From: Enoplolaimus lenunculus
Taxonomy: Eukaryota
Assembly: GCA_030248215.1 (NCBI GenBank)
Contig: JASANG010003696.1
Span: forward strand, 186,001-250,000
Length of the DNA: 64,000 nucleotides
Direction: 5' to 3'
This document shows positions 24,655-37,474 of the stretch, piece after piece (the first letter of the stretch is position 1; each line of letters begins with the position of its first letter). The notes under the pieces were generated by a model, which had not been told where the DNA came from, did no database searches, and saw only the letters and a list, made by a program, of their open reading frames with translations. The position numbers and the translations under genes were made by a program.

Positions 24655-25605
24655 CAGTCGTCAAGCTCAAAACCTGACTCCACATCACATTTATCATCAA
24701 CCACAGATCCGCACGCTGACGAACAACGTCTGGCGGAAGACGCAAGAACTGAAGCCACTGAAGGCTCTGCTACAGCGGTCCAATCAGCTGTTAGCGAAGT
24801 TCAACAAAAGCTACGATTGGCTGAAACTCAATTCCCAAAATCGGACCAGCCAATGAGAAGCGAGCAATCATCATCACTGGGATCACAACGTCCAATCACA
24901 GCGCAACGACGAAAACCGACAAGTGTCCAAGGTGAAATTACAAATGTCCAAAGCAGAAATATTTCAGACGGGGGTTCGCAACAACCTTCAACATCTGGAG
25001 TACAAAGGTTACCGAAGCTAGAACCAATCGGTGCCAGTAAAAGCACAATTTCAACCACTAGTCAATCAAAATCGCTTAAAGAACCTGACGAATCTGCGTC
25101 AATTGTAACAACAGCAACACAACAACACAGCCAGTTACATACGGAGAGCTCAGAAGCACTGCCACCTTCGAGCACCCTTGAACCAATCGTTGAAAGTCAT
25201 CACGAACACACTTCGGTCAGTAGCCAATCAGAAACCGAACAACCTAGCCGCCAGGCTAGTAGCGAACTAGCGACTAGCGTTCCATCCGAAAAACCACCCG
25301 AAATAAAAAAACGGGCGCGATCCAAGCTCAAAAGTCTTTTTGGTGGCGGAAGCCGGGCGTCGAAAAGTACCGAATCAGAAAGCGACGAAAGTGAAAAATT
25401 ACAGCCTGTGTTTGGCCAGCTAGCGTATTCCGATGAGAATGTGATATCGACAGCGGCGTCAAGAGAAACTAGCCAACTGGAACGCGAGAAAACTGCAACT
25501 TCAGCAAGCCGAAGTAGCCTTTCAGTAACCAATGAAAGCGCGATCCAAAGCCAACAGCGTAGACTTGATACGTTGAGTGAACATAGCGAAATAGAGGATG
25601 CTTAG
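24655..25605 (+). CDS. B9D1: Probable alternative or extended terminal exon of B9D1 (316 aa, S/T/Q/E-rich, likely disordered)
   Basis: Open frame 24535..25605 with a TTTCAG acceptor ending at 24654 in phase 0, matching the phase-0 donor at 24371. No transposon-like repeats in the ORF. Confidence 0.65.
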   Translation, partial: QSSSSKPDSTSHLSSTTDPHADEQRLAEDARTEATEGSATAVQSAVSEVQQKLRLAETQFPKSDQPMRSEQSSSLGSQRPITAQRRKPTSVQGEITNVQSRNISDGGSQQPSTSGVQRLPKLEPIGASKSTISTTSQSKSLKEPDESASIVTTATQQHSQLHTESSEALPPSSTLEPIVESHHEHTSVSSQSETEQPSRQASSELATSVPSEKPPEIKKRARSKLKSLFGGGSRASKSTESESDESEKLQPVFGQLAYSDENVISTAASRETSQLEREKTATSASRSSLSVTNESAIQSQQRRLDTLSEHSEIEDA

Positions 25606-26210
25606 CTCTCCAGGTTTTCTGATGCCTGTCTCAAATACAAACTGCCAAAATGTAGTCGAGCTGTCCACAAACAAGTGTTTAGACAAAAATTATGCCAAAT
25701 GAACACGCAAGATTATTGTGGAAGTTGTACGAAACAGTGTTTGCTTTTGATATTATACGTCTAGTCAAGTACTTTACTTCTTATAGCGTGTGCCATTGTT
25801 GTGGTTTAGTTTTGAATTGGGACCTGTTAGATCATTTGCCGCTGCGCAGTGTTTGAGTGTTATGCATCATCCACTATCTTGTGCCCGCTGTGGCGAAATT
25901 TGCAACGCCAATTTCCAACGACGATTTTTGAAAATCTCATAGTAATTGCAAATTGGGTTTTTTAACTTTTCCAATTTCCCACTTCCACAAAATGCAAAAC
26001 CCCGAGTGGTTAATTGAGTAATCAATTAAAATCCATTTTTCACTTCTGGGATTTTAAAACAACGCAAATGGGAAATTGAGAAATTCACGTTTTTTAATGT
26101 GTGTCACTAATGAAGTTGATTTTACATACAATTACTGTTTAAAAGAATCAAACTCAAGCGCAATAATGTGCTCAGTATAATAATCACCATTGTTCATTCG
26201 CTTAAAGTTC

Positions 26211-26387
26211 GGCCCATGTAAAGATCAGGGGCGGAACGTTTTTGTGCGGGGCTGCAATAAGCTTAAGATTTAGCCTGTTTTGTGCTCAGTCGTATGCTTA
26301 GGTATAAAGCTCATTCTTACGCTTAGGCTTACGCTTAGGAATATGGTTATACTAAGTACTGTAACGGCCGTGTTCTATACATTGGTC
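26211..26387. mobile_element. TTAGGC-containing MITE, family A
   Basis: GGCCCATGTAAAGATCAGGGGCGGAAC...GTTCTATACATTGGTC termini. Confidence 0.8.
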
Positions 26388-26842
26388 GAATTAATCTATA
26401 ATTAATGCTACAGACATTTGAAAATATAGCATTGATACAGAATGCAGTACGTTAGTTGTGGCAATACGCCGCGTATGCTATTGGCGCCATACTTTTACAA
26501 AATGTTTAATAACATCCATCGCCGGCCGTACGTCACCGTGCGTCATTGTGCGTCATCGCGCGGTATCGAACACAAATCGGTCGCCTTACGAACCGTTTAA
26601 TGACGAGCGGTGACGTGCGGCGACCGATCGAGATGCATTACAAGTATGCGCCACCCTAATGCTTAAATTTATGCACAGTTGAGTGTCAAAATTCTGTTGA
26701 AAACCAGTTCTTTTGATTTGTAGGAAGCGTTTACCATCACCGCTCGACGATAACAAACCCGACGCTCGAGTCCGAGCAGCTTCCACATGATATAGTGTGG
26801 TACGTGGGAAAGGTTACACAATTTTAAAAAAGCATAATTTAA

Positions 26843-27116
26843 GGGTTGCGTTATACTCGCCGGACGCCGCCACAAGCCGCGGTGCGCTGCGCAATGAAAT
26901 TTGTTTATTAAAAAATTGTCGCACGACACTAAACAAATTTCGCCAATGCACGGCGGCGTTTGATGGCGTGCGGCGGCGTCTGGCGGCGTGCGGCGGCGTC
27001 TGGCGGCGTGCGGCGGCGTCTGGCGGCGTGCGGCGGCGTCTGGCGGCGTCTGGCGGCGTGCGGCGGCGTCTGGCGGCGTGCGGCGGCGTCCGGTACAGCA
27101 AAAGTATAGCGTAAAA
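26843..27116. mobile_element. GC-rich PIF/Harbinger-like MITE with 10-bp repeats
   Basis: GGGTTGCGTTATACT / AGTATAGCGTAA termini, (TGGCGGCGTG/CGGCGGCGTC)n inside. Confidence 0.7.
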
Positions 27117-28710
27117 GTTTAACCACAATGTCTTCGAATAGGTTGTAATATTTCTAAATTGCTATTTTCGAACAAATCCCAATCAGCGTCACACTGCAGT
27201 CTCGTGCAATCTTCAAATAAATTAAAGCGAACACAATCACGATCGTATGGCTGCACGTTAAATGTTTTCAGTTGAAATTTTGACAGTTTAACACAGAATT
27301 TGATGCAACGAAACGTGTCTTGTGATGTTGCAGTTGAAGCTGACTTTGAAATTACGCAAAGAAATGCTTAAATATTGAAATAAGAAATAAAAACAGTAAA
27401 CTTAAAATTTTTCCGTTAAAATCTATGTCAACACCACACAGTTTGAGATAAGCGTATTAATAGACCAAAATGTTGACCCATGAAAACATCAGGAGCGCAA
27501 CGTTTTTCTGCTGGAGTGCAATAGAGTAAGCTTATATTTTATACTAATTTTTTGTTTACGCTTAGGCTTAGACTTAGGTATAAGCTCATTTTTACGCTTA
27601 AACTTGGGCTTAGGCTTTATTTTAGTAGTGTTGGTAACAGCTCATTCGAAAGTCCATAGATATAATCTCAGCTTGAAATTTGATCTCAAATGAAATAGAA
27701 AATATTCGTGCAGCAGAGGATTAAACTGAGAAGCGCACAAAGCGACAGAGTGTAAACGGATAGTAAAAATAACGGAAAAGGAAACGGATAAGAATTTCGG
27801 TCCACGTACAGATAAGTGGAGGAACGTTTTTGTGGGACTGCTTAGGCTTAGGCTTAGGTTTAGAAATATGCTCATTCTTAAGCTTAGGTTTATGCTTAGG
27901 CTTATTCTTACGTTTAGGAACATGCTTACAATGCTGTTCTGCCCCTGTTCTTTACATTGGCCAAAGTTTCACAAATGTTTTATTTTTCTGCCAACACAAT
28001 TGAAGCGTACATATATTTACCGGTTTTTCAAAAATATGGAAAGAAAACGGCCTATGCACGAAATGTTTAAGATTACGGATGAATTTTGAATTTTTTTCAT
28101 TTCAAATTATTGTAGCATATCTGTAATTAAAAATTGCGAGTTATATATGTGATGCAAAACTAATTTTGAACGTAAAAACTAAACAGAATTTCCATTATTT
28201 CTACAACAGAAACGGAAACCGACACCGATTTTTACTGGAAACTGAAACGGATATTCGGTTGCGCGCTTTAAAGTGCCAAAACTTACCCAGTACGAGAGCA
28301 ATGGACTTCCATCCCGCCATCGCAAATTGCTGATTAATATTTGATAAGTCTAAACCCTGTGCTCGCTATACTTGCTGTACTGAAACTATAACATCAACCG
28401 TACTAAAATACAAGCTCTGCATAGAAGATTGCCTCCCAAAGCTTAACAAATGGCCCCTCATTTTATTGGAAAATGTAAATAAATACTACGTAAAAGAACC
28501 ACAACGAATATTTTGCGCAAATATTTTGCCAATTTTGAAATTTGGTTCTGAAATAACGCAGATAAAACTCTGAAGTAAAATTAATTAGAAAACGTATTTG
28601 TTTAACATTTCTCTGTAGTTCCTTCGTTTACTTTCTAAACATCTGTGGGAAATCATAAACCCCGTTTGGAATGGTTTAGTACATTGTCAAAATGGCCGTA
28701 TTTATAACCC

Positions 28711-28916
28711 GGCCAATGTATAGAACAGGACAGGGCCGGAACAGTAGTATAAGCATATTTCTAAGCCTAAGTCTCGACATAAGCCTAAACGTATAGATGA
28801 GTCTATTCCTAAGCTTAAGCCTAAGCCTAAGCCTAAGAAAAAAATAGTCTAAAGCTTAAACTGACTCTATTATAACACCTCCGAAAACCGATCCGGCCCT
28901 GTCCTATACATGGGCC
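28711..28916. mobile_element. TTAGGC-containing MITE, family A
   Basis: GGCCAATGTATAG...CTATACATGGGCC, perfect 8-bp TSD TATAACCC. Confidence 0.9.
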
Positions 28917-29004
28917 TATAACCCGGTAAAATAAGTCCCAGGTAGGATAATCTTTCTATTGATATTGACAACTCTATACAAGACGTCCCGTCATAGAATT
29001 TGCA

Positions 29005-29190
29005 AGCCCATGTTACTTTTAGAGGCGTTCAAGTTTGTGGTAAGTCTATTAAAGAGTAGGTTTAGACTGTAGATTACATTTTTTTACTTAGGCTCAGGTT
29101 TAGAAATACGTTTTTGCAACGCATAGGTTGAGGCTTAGGAAAAGAATTACGCTTAATCTACTGTTACACCCCTTAAAGTAAACATTGGCC
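29005..29190. mobile_element. TTAGGC-containing MITE, family B
   Basis: Homologous to 403..587, flanks GAATTTGC/GAATCTGC. Confidence 0.75.
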
Positions 29191-29597
29191 GAATCTGCGA
29201 TCAATTACCGTGATTCGATAAGAAATCGTTTCTAAAAATAAAACATTATTTTATAACAGTTTTTCACGATTTAAACAGCATTTTTCAAACCGTTTTTGTG
29301 ACTGATGGGGCAACTGTAAAATGAATAGTTTGTGTAGCAAAATGAAATTACGTGAAATGGTTTTAAATTTCAAAATAATAACAGGTTTGTGTTTTTTGGT
29401 ACAATTTTTAAGGAACAAATTTCAACTTGGGTTTTAGCAAAGAATGAACCAGTGAAATTCACTAGCCAGCGCAGAATAATTATCTGGCATATAATGGTCA
29501 GCCGTATATTTGGCCAACATTCAACATATACGCACTTGCAATCAAATAGTATAAGTGTTGCATTCTGAACACTGTTTCTGCTTTCCCTCCGAACTTG

Positions 29598-29743
29598 GGG
29601 CAATGTAAAGAATAGGGGCGAAACAGTATTATAAGCATATTCCTAAGCCTAAGCCTAAGCCAAGCAAAAAATCAGTCTATAGCTTAAACTAGCACTTTTC
29701 TAGTCCCACAGAAAATCGTTCCGCCCTGATTTTTACATGGGCC
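29598..29743. mobile_element. TTAGGC-containing MITE, family A
   Basis: CAATGTAAAGAATAGGGGCG...TTTACATGGGCC termini. Confidence 0.75.
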
Positions 29744-31703
29744 TTAACGTGGAACTCAACAGTCCAACACACATTGGTTGGGTTTCCGAAACCCTACTTA
29801 AGCTCGTCTTAGTAATTCGATCTAAGTAATTGTTTAACCATTTTGTCTTTTTTAAAAGCGTGCTAAGTAAATACTTAAGTCTCTGACTAAATAGGATATA
29901 TTATATAAATTGTTAACAAAATAACGGAAAATTCAATTGAAACATGCATCTGAATATCTCCTAACTTGGTTTGAGAGCACCATCCAAATTTGGGGGCATA
30001 CGGGCCCCAGTGCCGATTTTCAGGGAGTCTAAAACGCTTAAACCCTCCTATTAATTTTTCTTATCTCACGTATATACTTGTTCTATGCCAAAGATATATA
30101 GCCGATTTTTGCTGTATATAGTTTAGTAAGCCTTCGGACAATGGTACAGCCTCACGTTCAGCGGTTCCAGTCTTGACCTATGCCCATAGTTCAGTTTTGC
30201 CGTTTGCACCCCCGTCTGGTATTCGAGCTCTTGTGGCTTTGAAGGAAGCTGCACTGAACAATATTTGGCGAAATATGAAAAATACAAGGTTAGCTGGTGG
30301 CGAGCTTAAAAATATACACCGAACCAGAGTTTTTTGTACATTTTACGATGCACTTGCACACGTTTGCTTGAAAATGCGCACAGATGTTTGAAAATGCACA
30401 TCGAAATGCACAGTAACTTATGCTGCGAAGCCGAAAATCAGTTATCAGGAAATAAACATGCCAAATAACTAATCAGGAAATAAATATACCAAATAAGTAT
30501 ACAAAAACGTTCCAGCTCACTATCAAGTGTAAAGACTATTGACAATTTTGTCAGTGCCGATGTCTATAATGCCGATTTGCCAATGCGGATTAATCAAAAG
30601 TCGTCATATATAAAAAGCTAAAAAATGCACAAGTGAATTCCTAAATGAGCAGTTCAGTTTGAAAATGCACATATGTTTGCACACGTCGTACATTTGAAAA
30701 ATACCCTGCACCGAACCATCAAAAATAAAAAAAACATTAATAACCTAGCTATCAATTTTTCGTCAAATGTTAATTATAAGCAACAGTCAAGTAAGCTTAA
30801 AGAATAGCCTAAACATAAGCCTATACCTATGCCTAAGTCTGACAGTGTTTCGTACGCAATTTCCGCAATATTATACGTACACCAGGTAAGTTTTGAGGGG
30901 ATAGTGTGCCGCACACTGAAGCCACTTCCATGAAAATAGACATCAAAATTATATTAACACGTGGCAAATCCTGTATATATTGATTATCATACGATGTTTT
31001 TATGGCTTTCATCAGTAAATTTATTCATATTTCGCATCCGAACATTTGGTTTTTATATCTGCTGGCGCTTGCATCAATTTTTCTCGGTCATATGCTTATT
31101 TGAGACAAAGTATTTCTGAAATAAAACAAATTAAAACGCCAAGATTTAAGAAAATTACTAAACAAGACGTCACGCATTTTACGTACCGTATTTGAAGCTT
31201 AATAAACGTAATTAACCGATTTGCCAAGTACAAAAATGCAGTATTTGTACACTTTCCTCGGTGATTTTAAGCCTAAGCCAAGAATATAACCTACACATCA
31301 TAGTAAACTTAAACCTAAGCCTAAGCTCAAAGCCTGAAAATTTAAGAAAAAAACTGTTACGACGAAAAGTATGACTTAATTCGCTTACGCAATTTAAATC
31401 AGACCCCGTAATCTTTTGTTGTATTTAGCATATTTCGCACCTGATTAACAGTTGGTGATAGGTCTTGTAAACTTTTCGAACACGGTGAACGCTGAGGCTC
31501 AAAGTTCAGCACATTTTTCGCATATGATTTTCTCTACTTTTGAATACCGATAATGAGTTCAACAATCACAATAGTTCGCAAGTTTGAAAACTTATTACTA
31601 ACTGATGACTGTGAGTATACGCGGCTCGTGTATGTGCAGAGTGTGTAATGTTAAGACATATACATACTCGTGGACATATACCACCAGAGGAAATTAGGAT
31701 ATC

Positions 31704-31932
31704 GGCCGCGTGGTGTAATGGGTAGCGCGCTTGACTCGCGAGCGAGAGGTCCGAGGTTCGATTCCCGGCGTGGCCATATCTGTCGGAGAAACTAAGGAAA
31801 AAACCAATTATATTCGCTGTACTTTGGGGAAAGGGGTCGTCCCGACCGCGCAGTTCTGACATGGAGGTCCCACCGAGATAAGCGCTGTAAATGGCAGGCC
31901 CGAGAATATGAGCCCAGATCACAACACAACCC
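31704..31932 (+). mobile_element. tRNA-derived SINE (tRNA-Ala(CGC)-like head at 31704..31776)
   Basis: A box TGGTGTAATGG and B box GGTTCGATTCC. Acceptor stem GGCCGCG/CGTGGCC and anticodon loop CTCGCGA are present, but the T and anticodon stems are mismatched. No T-run terminator; ~150-nt body and an ACAAC tail follow. Confidence 0.7.
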
Positions 31933-32718
31933 ATGAATGCGGTCAGTAATAGATTGGGTGAACAAGATACGTCTAAGGCGGAAATATTTCTGAAATCGCG
32001 TGATAAGAACGGTTTTGCCGGCCCCTGTCTAGGGATGTTGTGAGGACAATTGCCGCCTCGATAATTTTGTTTCAAATTTAACTTTTACTAGCAAACTGTG
32101 TCAATCCAACTTCTAAATTGTACACAGTTTCAGTTGTGTATCAGTGTCGAATTTAAATTTTCCCACTGTTTGTCTTTAGAAGTCTGTTCAGGCACTTTTT
32201 CGAGCGTATATCGCTCGAAGCTTTCGCTATCCGCGTTCTTCGTTGATATTGTTGCGATCCAGTCTTAGAGATCATAGGTCGCTAGATCGAAATTTCAAAT
32301 AGGTTGCAATTTGTTTAGTGCAAACATCAGCAGATACTAACAAATACATACGTAACTGCATTTTGAGCTGCAATCGTGTCTCTGTGAACTATACCAGGCT
32401 AAAAACATTGTTTCATCAAACGATGAAGTATTGGTTTAGGTTTCTGCAGTTCAAATATGTGGGTTCGAATGTTCATCGGATTTACGCAGTATCATTACAA
32501 TTGAATTCCAAAAACTAGCTTAGCTTTAGAAATGAATTTTTAACACGATTTATGTAACAGTAGTGACAGTACAAAACAAATATTATTGTTCAGTCGACGT
32601 ATTGAAAATGGTAGAGTTAAAAAGTCGTTTCATAAATTTGTTAAATATACAAATGTAATTGTTTTCGGCGAATTCAATCAATGGCTCATATTCTCAAATA
32701 CGTATAGCCCTTATTTCT

Positions 32719-33067
32719 ACTCTCTAAAAAATTAAACTTCAATTATAGCTTAACTAAACTTGAATATCAGTTTAAGTAAAAGTTAAATGGCTGGACGGAC
32801 TAACTAAACTAGAAATTTAAGTTTTACTTAAACTAACACGTTTTTAAGTTTTAACACGAGTTTAAGTAAACTTATTTTTAGTTTAAGTAACAAGTGCAGC
32901 CCTGTATCTAAGAGTTCATTAAGTTTAGCTTAAACTGAAAAAATGTAAAATTTTAAATGAGTTTAAGCGTAAACCTGCCTGTTAGTTTAGTTAATCTAGA
33001 AAGTTAATTTAATACTGGTGGATTAGCTTAAACTTAAATCAAGTTAGTTTAAGCTTTTAGAGAGTGG
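32719..33067. mobile_element. AT-rich palindromic MITE (ACTCTCTAAAA...TTTTAGAGAGT)
   Basis: Terminal inverted repeat with many TTAA-containing internal repeats. A second copy lies at ~34880..35245. Confidence 0.7.
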
Positions 33068-34049
33068 TTAGTGATAGGTTCTCAAACTAGCGAACTCTTG
33101 CAATTTCGTATATCAAAATCAGTACAGAAGTTGTGCAAATAAAATGCAAAAATGTGCACAATTTCGAACCTCTTCATGCACTGGTTTGAAAGTTACTGGA
33201 CCTATCTCGAACGTTGAATAAATGCTACGCACATTTGAGAATACAGGCAAATATTATGGAGGTTTTAAAATCAAATAAAATCTGCGAAGATTTTAATGTT
33301 CAACTGGTTAAGAAAAACACCAATGAAATTGTGTTCACGAATATGGTCGCGCCGATATATAAATCGGTATAATTAAAGTCTGGAATACCCCACATACGTA
33401 TTTCGGGCAAGTTTCCATCATACTTTGTTTACAGTATAATTTCATTGCACATAGACGAGATTGTTCTACAATTAGAAAATTTGCATACAGATGCTAATGC
33501 ATACGCTCACACTTTTCGCATTGCGCAAAATTGGACGACTGGTGTATTGATTCACTGTTTGTTTGTATTTCTTGTTCAAGTTTAATTACAATTTTTGAAA
33601 AATTTATCCTTTAAAAAATTTAAAAACAATGTAAACATTAATGAATAATTTCTTCAAATGTATTGGCTTAAACATATAAATAATTATTATTATTATTATT
33701 ATTATTTTGAAACTTATCACTCATTATTTGTTGTCTAATTTTGGTCATCCGTTATCTCCCGAGCAAAATTTTGCACAAAATGTATTTTGATTTTTTCAAA
33801 TTTTAATCATTTGCGTTCTTATGAAATTCCCTGGTCATTCACCAATGAAAATATGAATTGTGAAAATGTAGAATTTTGAACCTTTTTAGTTTTTTCTAAG
33901 GACCGGAAGAATTTCGTTATTTCAAAAGTTTTTCTATTAACCACATCCCACAACAACGGTAGGCAATCGCTGCCCACATGCAACGCGAGTACCGTCCGAA
34001 ATGTTCAGACTCTTCAAGCTAAAGTTCGTTTTTTGGAAGAAATCATTCA

Positions 34050-34252
34050 GAGGGGTACAACATATGCAAACCATGACACTTTATGTATCCTGCATTAAAA
34101 ATGATCCGCTTATAGTTTCATTTAGAGGTATTACATGTGATAGCGACCCCCTTGTAAATAAAAGGGGTTGGCCAAAAACGCACCGACCGGTGGTACATTT
34201 TGTACCATGCGGAACACCCAAAAGTTGCACACTCTTGTATTATGCACTCTTA
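34050..34252 (-). repeat. Dispersed repeat, reverse copy of 60071..60310
   Basis: The reverse complement shares CAAGAGTGTGCAACT, GTACAAAATGTACCACCGG, CTATCACATG and TACCTCTAAAT. Confidence 0.65.
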
Positions 34253-34879
34253 GTGTGGCCCATTTACTAAACAATTGCAATATTGTGGTTTTTATTTGTG
34301 ACCCTATAATCTCGTTGCGGAAAGACATCGATCTATATTTCTTAGCACAGAAAAATACCGTTTGCAGCTATTTTTCGTTTACGAAATTTTGCCCTCGTTT
34401 AAATCAAAGAAACCAGTGTTGAACTATGTTAAATGGCATATTTATAGATCACCCACGTAATAATGCGTGGTGTTAAAAACAATGCTATAACTAGGGCCTA
34501 ATGGCAACAAACACCCTATACTTATAGATAGCAGGTTTTGTCCTGGCAGTGTTCCAAGGGAGTAGGAAAAAAACGTAGTCCCGCGGTAGGCACTACTGAC
34601 AAAACGCAGACTGCCGCTACAGCGTTGCGTCTGCGAAATATTTTTTATTTTTTTTTGTGCATAGCTTCTGCTAAAACAAATGTACAACAATAGTCCCTTC
34701 GAACAGTGTCTCGTTACGGTGCAAGGACATTATGCACTCTGTACTGTGGCTGTAACAGGATGCCTGTGTTGTCTCCTACAGAGTTCTTGAAAATGGCATA
34801 GGTCCTTACCCAATCCTGGACAATTTTTTACAGTAGTGCGTGCACTATTACGTGGATGACCCATTAACACAACAAATTC

Positions 34880-35245
34880 CACTCCTTAGAAACTTAAACA
34901 TAAATTATAGCTTAACTAAATTTAAATATTAGTTTAAGCAAAACTTAGATGGCTGCACGGACTAAAGTAAACTAGAATTGTAAGCTTAACATAAAGTAAC
35001 ACATTGTTAAGTTTAACGCGAGTATCAGTTAAACTTATTTTTGGTTTTTACGAAACAAGTGCAGTCCAGAAATTATGTGTATCTAAGAGTTCATAAAGTT
35101 TAGCTTAAACTTAAAATTTTATAAGATTTTAAATGTGTTTAAGCGTAAACCCATCTGTTAGTCTAGTTCAGTCTAGAAGTTTAGTTTAATACTGCTGGAT
35201 TTGCTTAAGTTTAAAAATCAAGCTAGTTTAAGCTTTTTGATAGCA
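34880..35245. mobile_element. Second copy of the AT-rich palindromic MITE
   Basis: Colinear similarity to 32719..33067. Confidence 0.65.
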
Positions 35246-36114
35246 TATACGTTCATATTCAAACCAATGCCCAGTTTGTGTCTCGTTCGATAAATCCTAA
35301 GACATAAATTTTAATCCAAGTACTTTTGCCCCATTTTGACCTGCTCGGCTTAGGCTACTTGCCGCAATTGCCTCTCGTTCCTCCTGCTGTTTGATTTAGA
35401 CACTCCTGTTACCGCCATTGCTTACATCAAACGCCCCCCAAACTGCGCCTATTTAAAAGTGTACCATTTGGCCAAATATAAAACAGCCAAAATAAACGAA
35501 AAAATCTCAGTTTCAAATTTCGCCTGTCTAAACTTCCGTGTCACAATGGCGTTGGATCAAAGCTGGCACACGTCGTCGCCATCAGACGAAAAAATCGACC
35601 AAAATCTTTATTCTCACGATAGAATTTGCAAGCGGGAGTAACTGATGATTTATAGCGAGCAAGCTTCCTGTTTACCTTGAGACAGTAGTCGATCCGGATT
35701 TGAATGTGCCCCCAACGCTCGCTATCGGAACACCAATGTTGTTAGCATTGCGCAACAAGTAAAGCTTGTTTATAGCTTTGTTTACTGGGTTTATTTGGGT
35801 TAAACTCAATGGTTTGATGAAGCGTAGACGCGGCTGGTTTGCTGTGAGGTCACACGATGTTGGGCATTTTGCCGTGTACCATGTAACAGGGTGCGCAGTT
35901 TGGACACAATTATTAATTGGGGGGGCGCAGCTTAGAGGTGCTTTTGAAGTGTTCACAGCGTCTCTGTGTTTGTAGATGTGTGAAACGTTACAGTCCTCCA
36001 GAAAACTCAAGAGTCCATTTTGGTGAGAATTGAGGGTTTCAAGTCTATCCTGTAATTTTGGTTTGGACAGTTTGGTAAAATCAAAAGTTGAGTTGACCGC
36101 TTACAATGTTTCTT

Positions 36115-36287
36115 TAAGGGGCGTAACAGTAGATTAAGCGTATTCGTAAGCCTACGCCTAAGTCTAAGCGTCGCAAAAATGTGTTCCTAAGCCTAAGCCG
36201 AATAGCAAAACAATATAATCTAGAATCTAAACCTACTCTGTTACGGACCCACCAGAAACCTGGACGCCCCTTAAAGTAACATGGGCC
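36115..36287. mobile_element. TTAGGC-containing MITE, family B (reverse orientation, one end missing)
   Basis: Ends CCCTTAAAGTAACATGGGCC, the reverse complement of the start of 403..587. Confidence 0.7.
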
Positions 36288-36501
36288 GTTTTGTGTATAT
36301 ATTTTGTGGCGTCTTGATTGTTGCGGTGTATTTTTAAGCACTCGTGGTTAGAAGCACTAGCGGATTCAGTGAGGGCAGAGAACGAAAGGCGTACGTCACA
36401 CGTCAGAAAATATTTTGTGATAAAATGGTACGGTTCCTATGTTACAATTTTTCCCCATCAGAAAATTGTCACATATATAGCATACAGTAAAAACTGCGTT
36501 T

Positions 36502-36554
36502 CCTAAGCCTAAGCCTAAGCCTAAGCCTAAGCCTAAGCCTATGCCTAAGCCTAA
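36502..36554 (-). repeat. Interstitial telomere-type tract (TTAGGC)~8
   Basis: Near-perfect CCTAAG hexamer run. Confidence 0.85.
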
Positions 36555-37038
36555 CGAAAATGGCAGTCCTTCCATTTTAAGTTAAAACCAATTTATGTAA
36601 CATAAATTGGTGAACATTTTATGATAAAATGGTAAGGTCCCAGCCTGGCAAAATAATAATATTGTGTTTAGCTTCTCGTTCGCATCGTTCGCTAGGTTTC
36701 TTCCATGATGATTTCGTTGGTTTTCGGATCATCTGCTGTGAACCTAAATCCGATGTCCTGTTCCACTTAAATGCTACTCTTTTCAGCCATTAAACTGTTA
36801 TTTTTGTTTACTAAACTATACCATTCAGCTGTGACTTGTTTGTGTGCATTGAGAAATTTTTCGCATAGTTTGTTGGAATTTTTTTAAAATATTTTTGTCC
36901 AAAAACAACAGTTGTATATGTATACTCTCAACTCGTATCAAATTTGATCCTAGTACTGCAGCGACGCGAATAAGAGGGGGTCCCCATTTTGAGTCTAAAT
37001 CAAATATTGCGTTTGGTTTCTAACTCGCTTCGCTCGAG

Positions 37039-37474
37039 TACTGTAGTAACCTGAATAAGACGGGTTAATAAAAGGGCAGTCGCAATTTTGAGTTTCAATC
37101 ACTAAGAGTCCGTATCCCAAATAAGAGCCCGTAAGCGGATAAAGTCCCTAAACCATAATTAGAGTGCATAAATGTCAATTATTCCAAAACTGTAGTGAAT
37201 AAATGACTCCAGCACCAAATACAGTTGAGTTCGAAACTTTAAAGCATACTTAGTTCTGAAAGTACATTCCTAAGTATAACCTAGCATTACCTCTCAGGGT
37301 TTTGATGCATAACAAATAAACGTTTTATTCAATGGATAGTGGCAATACCGAATATATCAGTAAATGAAGGGCTGGTTACAATAAATAACAGTACGTAACC
37401 GAATAACAGGAGGAATACCCTCTGGAAAAGCAAAATAAATATCAATCCCTCCTCTTATTTGGGTCACTACAGTA
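37039..37474. mobile_element. Tc1/mariner-type MITE
   Basis: TA-CTGTAGTAACCTGAATAAGA / TCTTATTTGGGTCACTACAG-TA TIRs with TA flanks. Related ends at ~5424, ~36954 and ~56563. Confidence 0.6.

Noticed and set aside
31704..31776. Functional tRNA-Ala gene
   Set aside because: Mismatched T and anticodon stems, no Pol III terminator, and a SINE-like body follows.
35459..36010. Possible first exon or gene (MALDQSWH...)
   Set aside because: Short ORFs with no recognisable homology and no downstream exon could be linked.
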